A DNA stretch of 64,000 nucleotides, taken from positions 2,592,001 through 2,656,000 of the forward strand of contig OY771506.1 in NCBI GenBank assembly GCA_963674705.1, in the 5' to 3' direction. Made by a program: the position numbers and the translations under genes. Origin of the DNA: Phycisphaeraceae bacterium. Its GTDB lineage: Bacteria; Planctomycetota; Phycisphaerae; Phycisphaerales; Phycisphaeraceae. This document shows, one piece after another, positions 10,168 through 19,303 of the stretch. Numbering within the stretch: position 1 is the first letter of the stretch; each line of letters begins with the position of its first letter. The notes beneath the pieces were generated by a model. It ran no database searches and was not told the origin of the DNA. It saw only the letters and a program-made list of their open reading frames with translations.

Positions 10168-11150
10168 GATGACGCTTTCCTCACAATGGCCACAAAGATT
10201 TTCAGTGCTACCATCAGCACAACCACCCAGATGATAATGGCAAAAAACCAACTACCTGCACTCGTGCCGCCACCGCTGCTGTGATTGGTGGTTGTGGTAT
10301 GTGTTGCGGCGGCATGGTTCGTATTGTGGGTGTTGGAAGTAGCCGTGGGATTCGTCCAGGCTTTTGAACTTTTGATCGGCTCATTGTTGCTCGTGGTCAA
10401 AGCAGTCAGCAGGCCTTCCGCCATGTTGTCGGGCAAGGCGGCGATCAATTCGAAGCTTTCGTCGTCTGTGGCCGTGTCGTCTACAGCCGATCCGATCTCC
10501 GCGACCGATTCCATGATGGCTTCACGCAACGCCTCGGCGTCATTAGCCCGACGGTAGTTGTGAACGCGGGTCGCCAGGGCATGATCGCCATCCATCGCGA
10601 CACCGATCACATCGATGACGATGCCGCGCGATAGCGCATCGGGCGTGAACTGCTGCACCTTACCCGAATCGCTTGCCTGGCCGTCCGTCACAATCAACAG
10701 GCGGTACGTACCGTAACCGTGCTGTTCGGTCCGTTTTTCCAAGAGCCGATCGGCGCCGATCCGGATGTATTCGCCTAACGGTGTTCCGCCATCGGGCCCA
10801 AGCCGCATCAGGTCTTTGGAAAACGTGCTTTTATCCAAAGGCCCAAGCGGGTAGACCCAGTCGCTTTTCTTGTTATTTCCGCTGAATACAAGCAAGCCGA
10901 CGTGCGTCTTCGGCTCGACCTGTTCCATGACATTCAATAACGCTTCCTTGGCAACTTCCATCTTACGTTTGTTGCTGCCGGGCATCATTTCCGCCATCGA
11001 GCCCGAGGCGTCCAGGATCACCACGATGTTGTCCACAGCATCTTCGTCAGGTGTATCCTGACCAATAGCTGCTGTGTTAAACAACATCACAACCACGCAG
11101 GTAAATATCGCCCACAATCGGTTGTTCTTTTTCAAGAGCGTGCTCATCAT
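10164..11150 (-). CDS. Secreted von Willebrand factor A domain protein with C-terminal TM anchor
   Basis: MIDAS DASGS, GGTPL, IVTDG. Signal peptide, Thr/His-rich linker, C-terminal TM followed by RK. Confidence 0.9.
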   Translation of the reverse strand: MMSTLLKKNNRLWAIFTCVVVMLFNTAAIGQDTPDEDAVDNIVVILDASGSMAEMMPGSNKRKMEVAKEALLNVMEQVEPKTHVGLLVFSGNNKKSDWVYPLGPLDKSTFSKDLMRLGPDGGTPLGEYIRIGADRLLEKRTEQHGYGTYRLLIVTDGQASDSGKVQQFTPDALSRGIVIDVIGVAMDGDHALATRVHNYRRANDAEALREAIMESVAEIGSAVDDTATDDESFELIAALPDNMAEGLLTALTTSNNEPIKSSKAWTNPTATSNTHNTNHAAATHTTTTNHSSGGGTSAGSWFFAIIIWVVVLMVALKIFVAIVRKASS

Positions 11151-11180
11151 CCCGGATCCCTTCTTGTTGATGCACATCAA

Positions 11181-13007
11181 TTAGAAGTCGAAGTCACTCG
11201 GCCGAACCGCCTCGGCGGGCACCTTGATCAAGCGGAACTCGACTCGCATGTTCTGCTTGGCTTCGTTGAGATTCGTCGGCTTGGCGATCAACGGCTCGGA
11301 AACGCCCACACCCACCGGCTGGATCTGGCTGGCGTCCAGCGTCAGGCCCTGCGCCTTGGCGAAAGTCACGATCGCATCACGCACGGCTACCGCACGGGCC
11401 CGGGACAGGTTCAAAGCCGCCTGCATCGTTTCACGCGGATTATTCGAATCGCCATCGAATGCGCCGCTTTCAATCAGGTCGACAATCTTCTGGGTGTCCG
11501 TCAGATCGAGCGGGCGTTGATTGAAGTAATACTGCCAGTTCCCGCTTGAGCCGGACCGTTTGAGGATGCCTTTGCTAAGCCCCGCTTTCACCAGGTCAGA
11601 CAGTGTGCGCGTCGGATCGGAGTGGCCGCGGATCGCAATCACCGCGTTGCCGAACGTCGAGGCACTTTCCACCGCACGGCGGAACTCCGGCCCATAGACA
11701 TCCGCGCTGAACTCGTCCTGATTCGGCTCGAAGCTGATCGTAAACGCAACGATGACGTTCTCATCACCCTTGGCAAGATCGGGAAAATCTTCGACCGTCT
11801 CCGCCAGGATGCGGCCCTGTCCCGAACCGGTGACACGCTCAAGTCCGCCGAGTTTCGCGATCTTGTTGTAATCGAAGCTCGGTCCGAAGAAGCCCGCACG
11901 TTGCTTGGCATAACCCAGACTCACCGCCAGATCGAGTGCGGCACGCTGTTTGGCTTCGAAGCCCGACAGGTTGCCTTCATCTTCATAGAAAGAGATGTTA
12001 CCCGGCAGGCCGACAAACGTGCAGTCCAACAGCAGGCCGTGTGCATCGACTTCCAGCGTCGGCAGCACTTCTTCACCGAGGATCTGCTGTGCAAGTTTCA
12101 GCGTATCCATGTAGCCGTCTGCGCTGCCGGTTTCCTCGAACTTGTTACGCATCGCTACGAGCTGCTCGGCTCCTTTGAAGTAGCCGGCGACAAACTTCTC
12201 AACCAGCTCACGATTCGCATCGAAGTAATCTTTACGCACCGCATAGACATCCGCGATCGATCGACTCATCTGCGCGGTCGAGATCAGCACGTGTGCGCCT
12301 TTGATCGTGCCCTCCGCGCCGCTGCCGGTCTGTTCCAACCCACCGGTCAGGCCGATCATGTCCGGCGTGATCACGCAGCAGGCGTCGATCGACTTATCCT
12401 TACGCATCAACTCCGCCGGTCCGTTGGGTCCCGACAAATCGTCAACCCAGACAACTTCGATGTCGTCCCATGTCAATTGCGCAACACGCAACGCATCGTC
12501 CAGCATGCCAACGTGTGGCCCGCCCTGTTGCAGCGCGACCTTGGAACCTTTGAGTTGTTCGAGCCGTGTCAGGCCTTCACGTGACACGATGTGGTCACCC
12601 GCTGACCACGTCAGTTGCATAAAGACGACCGGCTTGGTCCGTGGATCGGAACCCAGCACTTCCGATGCCTGGCCGATCATGCGCAGCGTCCCCCGGAGGA
12701 ACGGCGTGTCACCTTGCCGGTATCGACGGACCTGCTCGATAAAGTCGTCGCCGTTGACCAGCTTGAGTTTCAGCCCGAGTTTGCCGTAGATGCTGTCGGA
12801 TGATGTGGTCACGCCGCCGTTGGCGTAGAACGTCGCCACGTCGCCGCCCCAGGTGATGAAAGGCACCTCGATGGTGTCGGTATTCTTGACCGAGCCCACC
12901 CGCACATCACCGACCAGATCGGAGAACGGCTGGGCGTTTGCCAGCGAACCGGTAATCAGGAATTGGACAGCGAGGCAGAGGACGACAAGCTGACGCACAA
13001 ATCGCAT
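11181..13007 (-). CDS. Secreted NMT1-like substrate-binding domain fused to an OmpA-like domain
   Basis: Signal peptide MRFVRQ..ANA, WSAGDH SBP region, RGHSD, NLSRARAVAV and NMRVEF OmpA motifs. GGAAAGGA RBS before ATG 13007. Confidence 0.87.
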   Translation of the reverse strand: MRFVRQLVVLCLAVQFLITGSLANAQPFSDLVGDVRVGSVKNTDTIEVPFITWGGDVATFYANGGVTTSSDSIYGKLGLKLKLVNGDDFIEQVRRYRQGDTPFLRGTLRMIGQASEVLGSDPRTKPVVFMQLTWSAGDHIVSREGLTRLEQLKGSKVALQQGGPHVGMLDDALRVAQLTWDDIEVVWVDDLSGPNGPAELMRKDKSIDACCVITPDMIGLTGGLEQTGSGAEGTIKGAHVLISTAQMSRSIADVYAVRKDYFDANRELVEKFVAGYFKGAEQLVAMRNKFEETGSADGYMDTLKLAQQILGEEVLPTLEVDAHGLLLDCTFVGLPGNISFYEDEGNLSGFEAKQRAALDLAVSLGYAKQRAGFFGPSFDYNKIAKLGGLERVTGSGQGRILAETVEDFPDLAKGDENVIVAFTISFEPNQDEFSADVYGPEFRRAVESASTFGNAVIAIRGHSDPTRTLSDLVKAGLSKGILKRSGSSGNWQYYFNQRPLDLTDTQKIVDLIESGAFDGDSNNPRETMQAALNLSRARAVAVRDAIVTFAKAQGLTLDASQIQPVGVGVSEPLIAKPTNLNEAKQNMRVEFRLIKVPAEAVRPSDFDF

Positions 13008-13251
13008 CGGTGTTTCCTTTCCCGCCGGGCGTTGGAATCCCCTTGTAAGTCGATATGGGTCCCGACGATCGGGCATCATTGTATCGGAACTGGGCAAGCT
13101 TTGAGGCTGCTTTCGCATGTCTAGAACACGACGGCCCGGTTTTGTCAGGAATGAGACGTCGATGCTGTAGCATTTCACGGAAGTGGCGATGCGACATCCC
13201 AAAATTGGACCAAAGCAGATACATAACCCGGAAACGGTTCTGGAACTGAAA

Positions 13252-13323
13252 AGCGGGTGAAGGGGCTCGAACCCTCAACATTCAGCTTGGGAAGCTGACA
13301 CTCTACCATTGAGTTACACCCGC
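13252..13323 (-). tRNA. tRNA-Gly (CCC)
   Basis: Reverse complement GCGGGTGTAACTCAATGGTAGAGTGTCAGCTTCCCAAGCTGAATGTTGAGGGTTCGAGCCCCTTCACCCGCT folds as a cloverleaf with anticodon CCC. CCA is not encoded. Confidence 0.97.
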
Positions 13324-13588
13324 ATGGCAGGGATGTGATTCTAGCACCTGTCATGGCGGGGACGCAAGGCTTATGTGTGCGGGTTTAATTATCGGGGGAA
13401 CGTGCTTTTGCTGTCACTGCCACGAAATCAGGCAGATTCTCCCCAAGTTATGGATTTTTCTGCCCGCAAGTTCAGCAGTTACTTGTGCTCGATGATGTCG
13501 GTCAGGAAGCTGAGATATCCGCCACTGATGTGAGGCATCAGGCAGTAGTCACAAGATCCTGGCAACGAAATGGCCGGGGATGTCGGCC

Positions 13589-14026
13589 TTACACCCAAAC
13601 GCTTATAAACAGCGCATCCTCGGTCCGCTTGCCGACCAATTGCCCGATCGATTGACTGACGAACTTCACTTCATATTCCGGGTGGTTGTCCAGCCAGTTG
13701 TTGACCTGTTCATCCAGGTGTTCGATCGCGTCCAACCGCAGCTTCGCGACAAAAGTCTTGACGTGAATCGCGCCGGTATTGGTTACATTCGGCGTGCGTT
13801 TCCAATGTTCGACATGCGGCTTGCGCGTGTCGAAGGTGCGGATCTTGTTTGATCCAACGATGCTGGAAGACTCGGTCGGCACTTCGTCCAACTCGATCGG
13901 CTCCATGGCGTCGGCATCGTGGTCCGTCGTGTCGTTCTCTTCCGCTTCGTTGATATCGATCGGGATCGCGTTAGCCAGTAATTGTTCCTCGCTGACGTGT
14001 TCTTGAGAATGGGACTGGTCAGTCAT
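13589..14026 (-). CDS. Hypothetical protein (acidic N-terminus, small C-terminal domain)
   Basis: 145 aa ORF with GGGAGG RBS. Confidence 0.8.
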   Translation of the reverse strand: MTDQSHSQEHVSEEQLLANAIPIDINEAEENDTTDHDADAMEPIELDEVPTESSSIVGSNKIRTFDTRKPHVEHWKRTPNVTNTGAIHVKTFVAKLRLDAIEHLDEQVNNWLDNHPEYEVKFVSQSIGQLVGKRTEDALFISVWV

Positions 14027-14154
14027 CGGAACCTCCCTTGAGTTGAATCTATCCGAAAAAGAGGTGCTCTATGGCGACTTGCACCTTTACTCTATCCCCA
14101 ACCAAGGCCGCCTACAAGCATTAATCGTGTTTCCAGACCGTTTTACAACAAAGA

Positions 14155-14538
14155 TCAAAAGACCACACGCCCGCGCCAGTTCATATCCGTCTTCTGCATC
14201 AATTCGGTCTGTCCATCAAAGCCCTGCATGTGCACATCCAGCAGCATCCGGCCATCGCGCCAGAGTCTGATTACCACACTACCTTGATCAACGCGTATCA
14301 CCGATCCACGATTTCCACTGATCGGCCCTTGATATGACAAATACGCACGCCGATGGGTTGGCAACTCCATCAGGTCGAATTTTTCAGCCCTCCGCCATGA
14401 CCTGCTTGGTAGTCCAACCCTCGCGGTCCACAGACCGCTAGCCGGATCACACACATAGCCCGGACTGCCGATCAGCCAGTCGTAATGGCTGCCGGAGCGT
14501 GTCGTGTGCATCAGCAGGGCGGTAGGGACGGTGAGCAT
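14155..14538 (-). CDS. Stand-alone LigD-type 3'-phosphoesterase-like domain protein
   Basis: H..HYDW, HR..YL.YQG.I and G.V...D.G resemble the LigD PE domain. Confidence 0.65.
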   Translation of the reverse strand: MLTVPTALLMHTTRSGSHYDWLIGSPGYVCDPASGLWTARVGLPSRSWRRAEKFDLMELPTHRRAYLSYQGPISGNRGSVIRVDQGSVVIRLWRDGRMLLDVHMQGFDGQTELMQKTDMNWRGRVVF

Positions 14539-14705
14539 ATCCGTGGATCGTCCGGCAAGCAGGTCCTGCGGTCAATCTCAGGCCCGATAGCTCGCGTGGC
14601 TTGCCTAAAACGTGTAGAACGGCGATCTTATTCAGCATCTGCCGATACTATTAGTCATCGGCTGCTCGAAATACGCTACGAACCTTCCTCTAGAAGGGAT
14701 TATTC

Positions 14706-15413
14706 ATGACGATCAGGGAAAAGAAGACCATTCACGCCACACGCCTCACCGCGATTCTCAGCCTCTGCCTTGGGCTGCTGCTTATTACCGGCTGTCGCAC
14801 CGCCTTGGATATCCGCAATGAGGGCGTCGCCGCCCTGAATCGAGGCCAGAACGAGCTGGCTGTGCAGAAGTTCACCGAGGCTGTGGAACGTGATCCCAGT
14901 AGCGCCCGCAACCACTATCAGCTTGGTCGGGGTTATTTAGCCGTAAACGAGAACGTCAAGGCCCAGTATGAGCTGGAAAAAGCCCTCGCCTTACGCCCGA
15001 ATGAACCCGAGTTGACCCCCGACATCCTCGATAGCCTGGCAGAGGCCATTTATCGCCAGGATATGACCGCCAATCTCTACGCCTTCCTCGAAAAGCAGGT
15101 CAAGGACTTCGGCACCACCCGCGATTACCTGCGTCAGGGTAAGTATCTAGCCAAGGCAGGCGATCCGGACGCCGCACGCCTGGCCTTCCGTAAGGGGGCA
15201 TACTTCGCCGCCCCGAACGACCCCGAGCCCTACATCGCCATCGCTGACTTCTACACCGCCATAGGAGACCAGCCCGAGGCCGTTACCGCCCTGCGATACG
15301 CCAACTACGTCGATCCCGGCAACCGGGATGTCGCCGAGCGACTGCGCCAATTCGGCATCGTCCCCGGCCCCACGGTGACCGAGGCCCCGCCGAAGCCGGA
15401 CCTGCTGAAGTAG
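14706..15413 (+). CDS. TPR-repeat lipoprotein
   Basis: Lipobox LITGC and TPR-like helices (A...P patterns). Confidence 0.85.
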   Translation: MTIREKKTIHATRLTAILSLCLGLLLITGCRTALDIRNEGVAALNRGQNELAVQKFTEAVERDPSSARNHYQLGRGYLAVNENVKAQYELEKALALRPNEPELTPDILDSLAEAIYRQDMTANLYAFLEKQVKDFGTTRDYLRQGKYLAKAGDPDAARLAFRKGAYFAAPNDPEPYIAIADFYTAIGDQPEAVTALRYANYVDPGNRDVAERLRQFGIVPGPTVTEAPPKPDLLK

Positions 15414-15418
15414 GTTTT

Positions 15419-15518
15419 GGGCCTCGTCTGCGTTGCGGACGGGCTGTTGTGTTGAAATTGTACATTTTTCGGACAGTGTTCTACTTCAAAGTATTAGCCC
15501 GTCCGCAACGCGGACGAA
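15419..15518. repeat. REPIN-like unit A1 (inverted pair of palindromic REPs)
   Basis: GCCTCGTCTGCGTTGCGGACGGGCT ... TAGCCCGTCCGCAACGCGGACGA. Nearly identical to 16021-16122. Confidence 0.9.
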
Positions 15519-15537
15519 GTTATGAATAGGGGGGCAC

Positions 15538-16020
15538 ATGCCGGTATATCTGTTTACTTACCATGCATATGGTTCGTGGTTACCGGACCGTAAACGTGGC
15601 TATACGCGCAAGAAAGAAGGCGTTCTCCCGCCCGATCCGGTTATGGCTAAGCACTACCGTGAAAAGATGTCCCAGTCTCCGGCCAGTTTCTCAACCAGTA
15701 TTCAAAAGATTCAAATCGAGGAATTGATCATTGCCTGTGATTGTCAATGCTACGAATTGAGAGCGGTTGCGACCGACTCAAGCCACCTGCATGTTCTGGC
15801 CAGTTGGCGTACGACCCGTTCCTGGCGACGTGTTCGTTCGGGCTTACAGCATTCACTGAGCCGTCGCTTGAATCAAGATGTCTGTAAACGTACATGGTTC
15901 GTGGCTCATCCAAGCCGTAAGCGTGTCAAGGACAGGCAGCACTACAATTATCTGCTGAGTACGTATTTACCTGACCACCGAGGCTGGAAGTGGGATCGCA
16001 GGCGTGGGGCTTATCGTTAG
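15538..16020 (+). CDS. Short HUH (Y1) tyrosine transposase, RAYT/IS200-like
   Basis: N-terminal YLFTYHAYGSWLP, HUH motif HLH, W..(F) and C-terminal Tyr. Flanked by REPIN-like repeats. Confidence 0.8.
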   Translation: MPVYLFTYHAYGSWLPDRKRGYTRKKEGVLPPDPVMAKHYREKMSQSPASFSTSIQKIQIEELIIACDCQCYELRAVATDSSHLHVLASWRTTRSWRRVRSGLQHSLSRRLNQDVCKRTWFVAHPSRKRVKDRQHYNYLLSTYLPDHRGWKWDRRRGAYR

Positions 16021-16122
16021 GGGCCTCGTCCGCGTTGCGGACGGGCTATTGTGTTGAAATGGTACATTTTTCGGACAGTGTTCTACTTCAAAGTATTAGC
16101 CCGTCCGCAACGCGGACGAGGC
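16021..16122. repeat. REPIN-like unit A2
   Basis: Direct repeat of A1, arms and spacer included, with only a few substitutions. Confidence 0.9.
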
Positions 16123-16303
16123 GATTGTAATAAACTGCAAGATTATATAACCGCATGAACCTGAAAGGTTTAAAGCGAAAACTATTTATATATTGTCCGC
16201 GGCGGTTCGCCGCGCGTTTGACGAAGGGCTACCATACCGGCTTGTGGATCGGCTCACGGATGGGCCGCCGGGAATCCTTTAGACCTGGGCTTGAAGCGGT
16301 TTC

Positions 16304-17647
16304 ATGAATATCGTCATCTGTGGAGCGGGTGAGGTCGGTCGGCACTGTGCCGAGGTCCTCGCCGCACAAGGCCACAACATTACCGTCATCGATCAGCTCA
16401 ACGAGAAACTCGAAGAGCTCGACGAAATCCTCGATGTCCGCAACCTCGAAGGCAACGCGGTCCACGCTGATATCCTTCTGGAGGCCGGCGCCGCCAAGGC
16501 CGACCTCGTCATCGCCGCCATGGACAGCGATGAGTTGAACCTGCTCTCCGCTTCCATCGCCAAGGCCCTCGGCGCCGCCAAGGTCATCGCCCGTATCCAT
16601 CACTCCGCCTACTTTGAACGGCGTGGCATGGACTATGCCCGCCACTTCGGGATCGACCACGTCGTCTGCCCCGAGTTCTCTACCGCCTTGGCCATCGCCT
16701 CCACTCTCCGCAGCCCCGGCTCTCTCGCGATCGAGCAGTTCGCACGTGGGCAGGTCGAGATGCAGCAGTTCCCCGTCTCCGACAGCGCCAAAGCGATCGG
16801 TAACAAACTGGCATCCCTGAAGCTGCCCGCCTCATCCCGCCTCGCCGCGGTTGAACGGCAGGGCCAGGCCTTCCTGCCCAGCGCGGACACCATGATCGAA
16901 AAAGGCGACATCGTCACGCTCATCGGTGAGGCCTCCGGCTTCGACAAGGCCCGGAAGATCTTCGACACCGAAACCAGCAACAACCGACGCGTCATGATCC
17001 TGGGCGGCACCTCCCAGTGTGTCTGGGTCTGCCGAGCCCTCAAGGACCGTGGTTTCTCGATCCGTGTTTTTGAAACCAATGAAGCACGGGCCGAGGTGCT
17101 TGCTGAGAAGCTCGACTGGTGCACCATCCTGCACACCGACGCGATCAACACCGACGCCTTGATGGATGAGCGTGTCGACCTGGCCGACGTCTTCATCGCG
17201 CTGACCGAAGACGAGGAGCGAAATATCCTCGCCGCCGCCCGCGCCAAGAGCATGGGCGTTAAGAGTGCGGTGGCCCTGCTGCAGCGCCCGACTTACCAGC
17301 ACCTGCTGGGACACATCGGCATCGACAAGTCCTTTAGCCCGCGCAGCAGTGCGGTGACCGAAGTCCTGCGTCTGATGGAGACAGGGCCGATCAAGCACCT
17401 GGCGACCATGGCCGAGAAAATCGCGGAAGTGTACGAATTGAAAGTCCCGGCCGGGGAAGGCAAAGCCGTCAACCGCCCGCTCAAAGAGATCAAACTACCC
17501 GCCAACACGATGCTTGCCGCGGTTCAACGTGACGACGAGGTTTTCATCCCCGGAGCCGACAGCCAGATCGAGCCCGGTGACACCGTCATCGCCATCGCCC
17601 CCGCCGCCGCCAAGAAAGAACTACGCAAACTTTTCATCGGCAAGTAG
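16304..17647 (+). CDS. trkA: Trk potassium uptake NAD-binding subunit
   Basis: MNIVICGAGEVG Rossmann motif, two RCK_N/RCK_C pairs, 447 aa. Confidence 0.95.
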   Translation: MNIVICGAGEVGRHCAEVLAAQGHNITVIDQLNEKLEELDEILDVRNLEGNAVHADILLEAGAAKADLVIAAMDSDELNLLSASIAKALGAAKVIARIHHSAYFERRGMDYARHFGIDHVVCPEFSTALAIASTLRSPGSLAIEQFARGQVEMQQFPVSDSAKAIGNKLASLKLPASSRLAAVERQGQAFLPSADTMIEKGDIVTLIGEASGFDKARKIFDTETSNNRRVMILGGTSQCVWVCRALKDRGFSIRVFETNEARAEVLAEKLDWCTILHTDAINTDALMDERVDLADVFIALTEDEERNILAAARAKSMGVKSAVALLQRPTYQHLLGHIGIDKSFSPRSSAVTEVLRLMETGPIKHLATMAEKIAEVYELKVPAGEGKAVNRPLKEIKLPANTMLAAVQRDDEVFIPGADSQIEPGDTVIAIAPAAAKKELRKLFIGK

Positions 17648-17659
17648 AGACACAAAGCA

Positions 17660-17720
17660 GTTAGCCATCAGCCCTTAGCTAATGGCTTCTGTCTACACCC
17701 TACACCCTAAACCCTACACC
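17660..17720. repeat. Short heptamer repeat patch (TTAGCCA-like plus CCCTACA-like)
   Basis: ttagccatcagcccttagctaatggct followed by ctacaccctacaccctaaaccctacaccct. Confidence 0.7.
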
Positions 17721-17727
17721 CTGCCCC

Positions 17728-19269
17728 ATGAACATCCGTTACGTCATCCGTGAACTCGGCCTGGTCATGATCGTGCTGTGCCTTTGCATGATCGCGGTCA
17801 TGGGCTGGTCTGCATGGGAGTGGGCGGGGGGCAACTCAGAAGAAAAAGTCGCAACACTTTCGATGCTGATGGGCGCAGCGCTGGGTGCGGTGCTGGGTTT
17901 GTTCTGTTGGCTGTTCGGCAGTCGAAGCGGTAAGGATTATCTCGGACAGCGAGAGGCTTTGCTCCTGGTGACGACATCCTGGTTTCTCGCCGCGGCCGTT
18001 GCCTGTCTGCCGTATTACCTGTGGGCATGGCTCGAAGAAGGCGCCGGGGCAAGCCACCCCTTCGCTTCGTTTATCTCCTGTTACTTCGAGTCAGTGAGTG
18101 GCCTGACAACCACCGGAGCAACCATCCTCAGCGATGTCGACATGATTCCCAAGAGCCTGCTGCTCTGGCGTGCAACGACGCACTGGCTGGGCGGGCTTGG
18201 CATCGTCGTGTTATTCGTCGCGATCCTGCCTACGTTGGGTGTCAGTGGTAAACGACTGTTTCAGGCGGAAGTCCCCGGACCGCAGCAGGACGGCGTACGC
18301 CCACGCATCCGTGAAACCGCTCGCATCCTCTGGCTGATCTACCTCGGCCTGACTATCGTGCAGGTCCTGATGTTGAAAGTTGCCGGCATGAACTGGTTCG
18401 ACTCGATCTGCCACACCTTCGCTACACTCGCCACCGGCGGCTTCGGCACACACAACGCCAGTGTCGGCTATTACGACAACTGGAAGATCGAGATGATCAT
18501 CTTTGTCTTTATGGTGATCGCGGGCATCAACTTCGGTTTGTATTACAACCTCGTCCGGGGTCGCTGGCGCATGGCGGTGCGCGACCCGCAGATGATTGTC
18601 TACCTCTGCATGCTGGGCGTATCCATCGCGGTGATCGCCGGGTATCTCTACGGCCATACCATCACACTTACCACCGGCCAGGAACGTGAGGTCGGCGTGC
18701 TCGGTGCACTGCGTTACAGCTCGTTCCAGGTCGGCTCGATCCATAGTGATTGCGGCTTCGCGACCGCGGATTACGATCAATGGTCTTACCTGCCGAAAAC
18801 CATTCTCATGCTGGGTATGTTCTTCGGCGGTTGTGCCGGTTCAACCAGCGGCGGACTGAAAATCAGCAGGCTTATCGTGCTGTTCAAACTCATCGCGGCG
18901 GATATCGAGCGTGCGTTTAGGCCGAGTGTGGTTAGAACCGTCCGGGTCGGCGATGATGTGGTAGACCAGGCTGAACGTCAATCGGTTTTGATGTACACCG
19001 TTCTGACAATCTTGGTGCTCGGTATCGCAACCATTGTGGTTCGAGTGGTCGAAGATAGTGCAGGGCTCAGCCTGACCGAATCCGGCTCAGCGGTATTAGC
19101 CTGCTTCACCAATTGCGGGCCGGGGTTGGGTATCGTTGGACCGACGGGGAACTTCGGTGTACTGCATTTATTCACTCAGGCATTACTCTGTATCGTGATG
19201 GTGTTGGGTCGACTCGAAGTCTATGCGGTACTGGTCCTGCTCAGGCCCGCATTTTGGCTGGCTGACTGA
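17728..19269 (+). CDS. trkH: TrkH potassium uptake membrane protein, paralogue 1 (divergent pore motifs)
   Basis: FESVSGLTTTGAT, WLGGLGI, ATGGF and GSTSGGLK motifs. Confidence 0.92.
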   Translation: MNIRYVIRELGLVMIVLCLCMIAVMGWSAWEWAGGNSEEKVATLSMLMGAALGAVLGLFCWLFGSRSGKDYLGQREALLLVTTSWFLAAAVACLPYYLWAWLEEGAGASHPFASFISCYFESVSGLTTTGATILSDVDMIPKSLLLWRATTHWLGGLGIVVLFVAILPTLGVSGKRLFQAEVPGPQQDGVRPRIRETARILWLIYLGLTIVQVLMLKVAGMNWFDSICHTFATLATGGFGTHNASVGYYDNWKIEMIIFVFMVIAGINFGLYYNLVRGRWRMAVRDPQMIVYLCMLGVSIAVIAGYLYGHTITLTTGQEREVGVLGALRYSSFQVGSIHSDCGFATADYDQWSYLPKTILMLGMFFGGCAGSTSGGLKISRLIVLFKLIAADIERAFRPSVVRTVRVGDDVVDQAERQSVLMYTVLTILVLGIATIVVRVVEDSAGLSLTESGSAVLACFTNCGPGLGIVGPTGNFGVLHLFTQALLCIVMVLGRLEVYAVLVLLRPAFWLAD

Positions 19270-19303
19270 TTACGAACGAATCATAAAGTCTTAGCTTAAA
19301 TAT

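Noticed and set aside
13252..13323. tRNA-Gly as integration site of an island carrying the PspA/AAA operon
   Set aside because: No integrase and no duplicated tRNA 3' end were found by eye, and the operon's composition resembles the rest of the window.
15419..16122. Possible CRISPR array from the repeated palindromes
   Set aside because: Arms alternate in orientation, spacers are near-identical, and no cas genes are present. The pattern fits REPINs.
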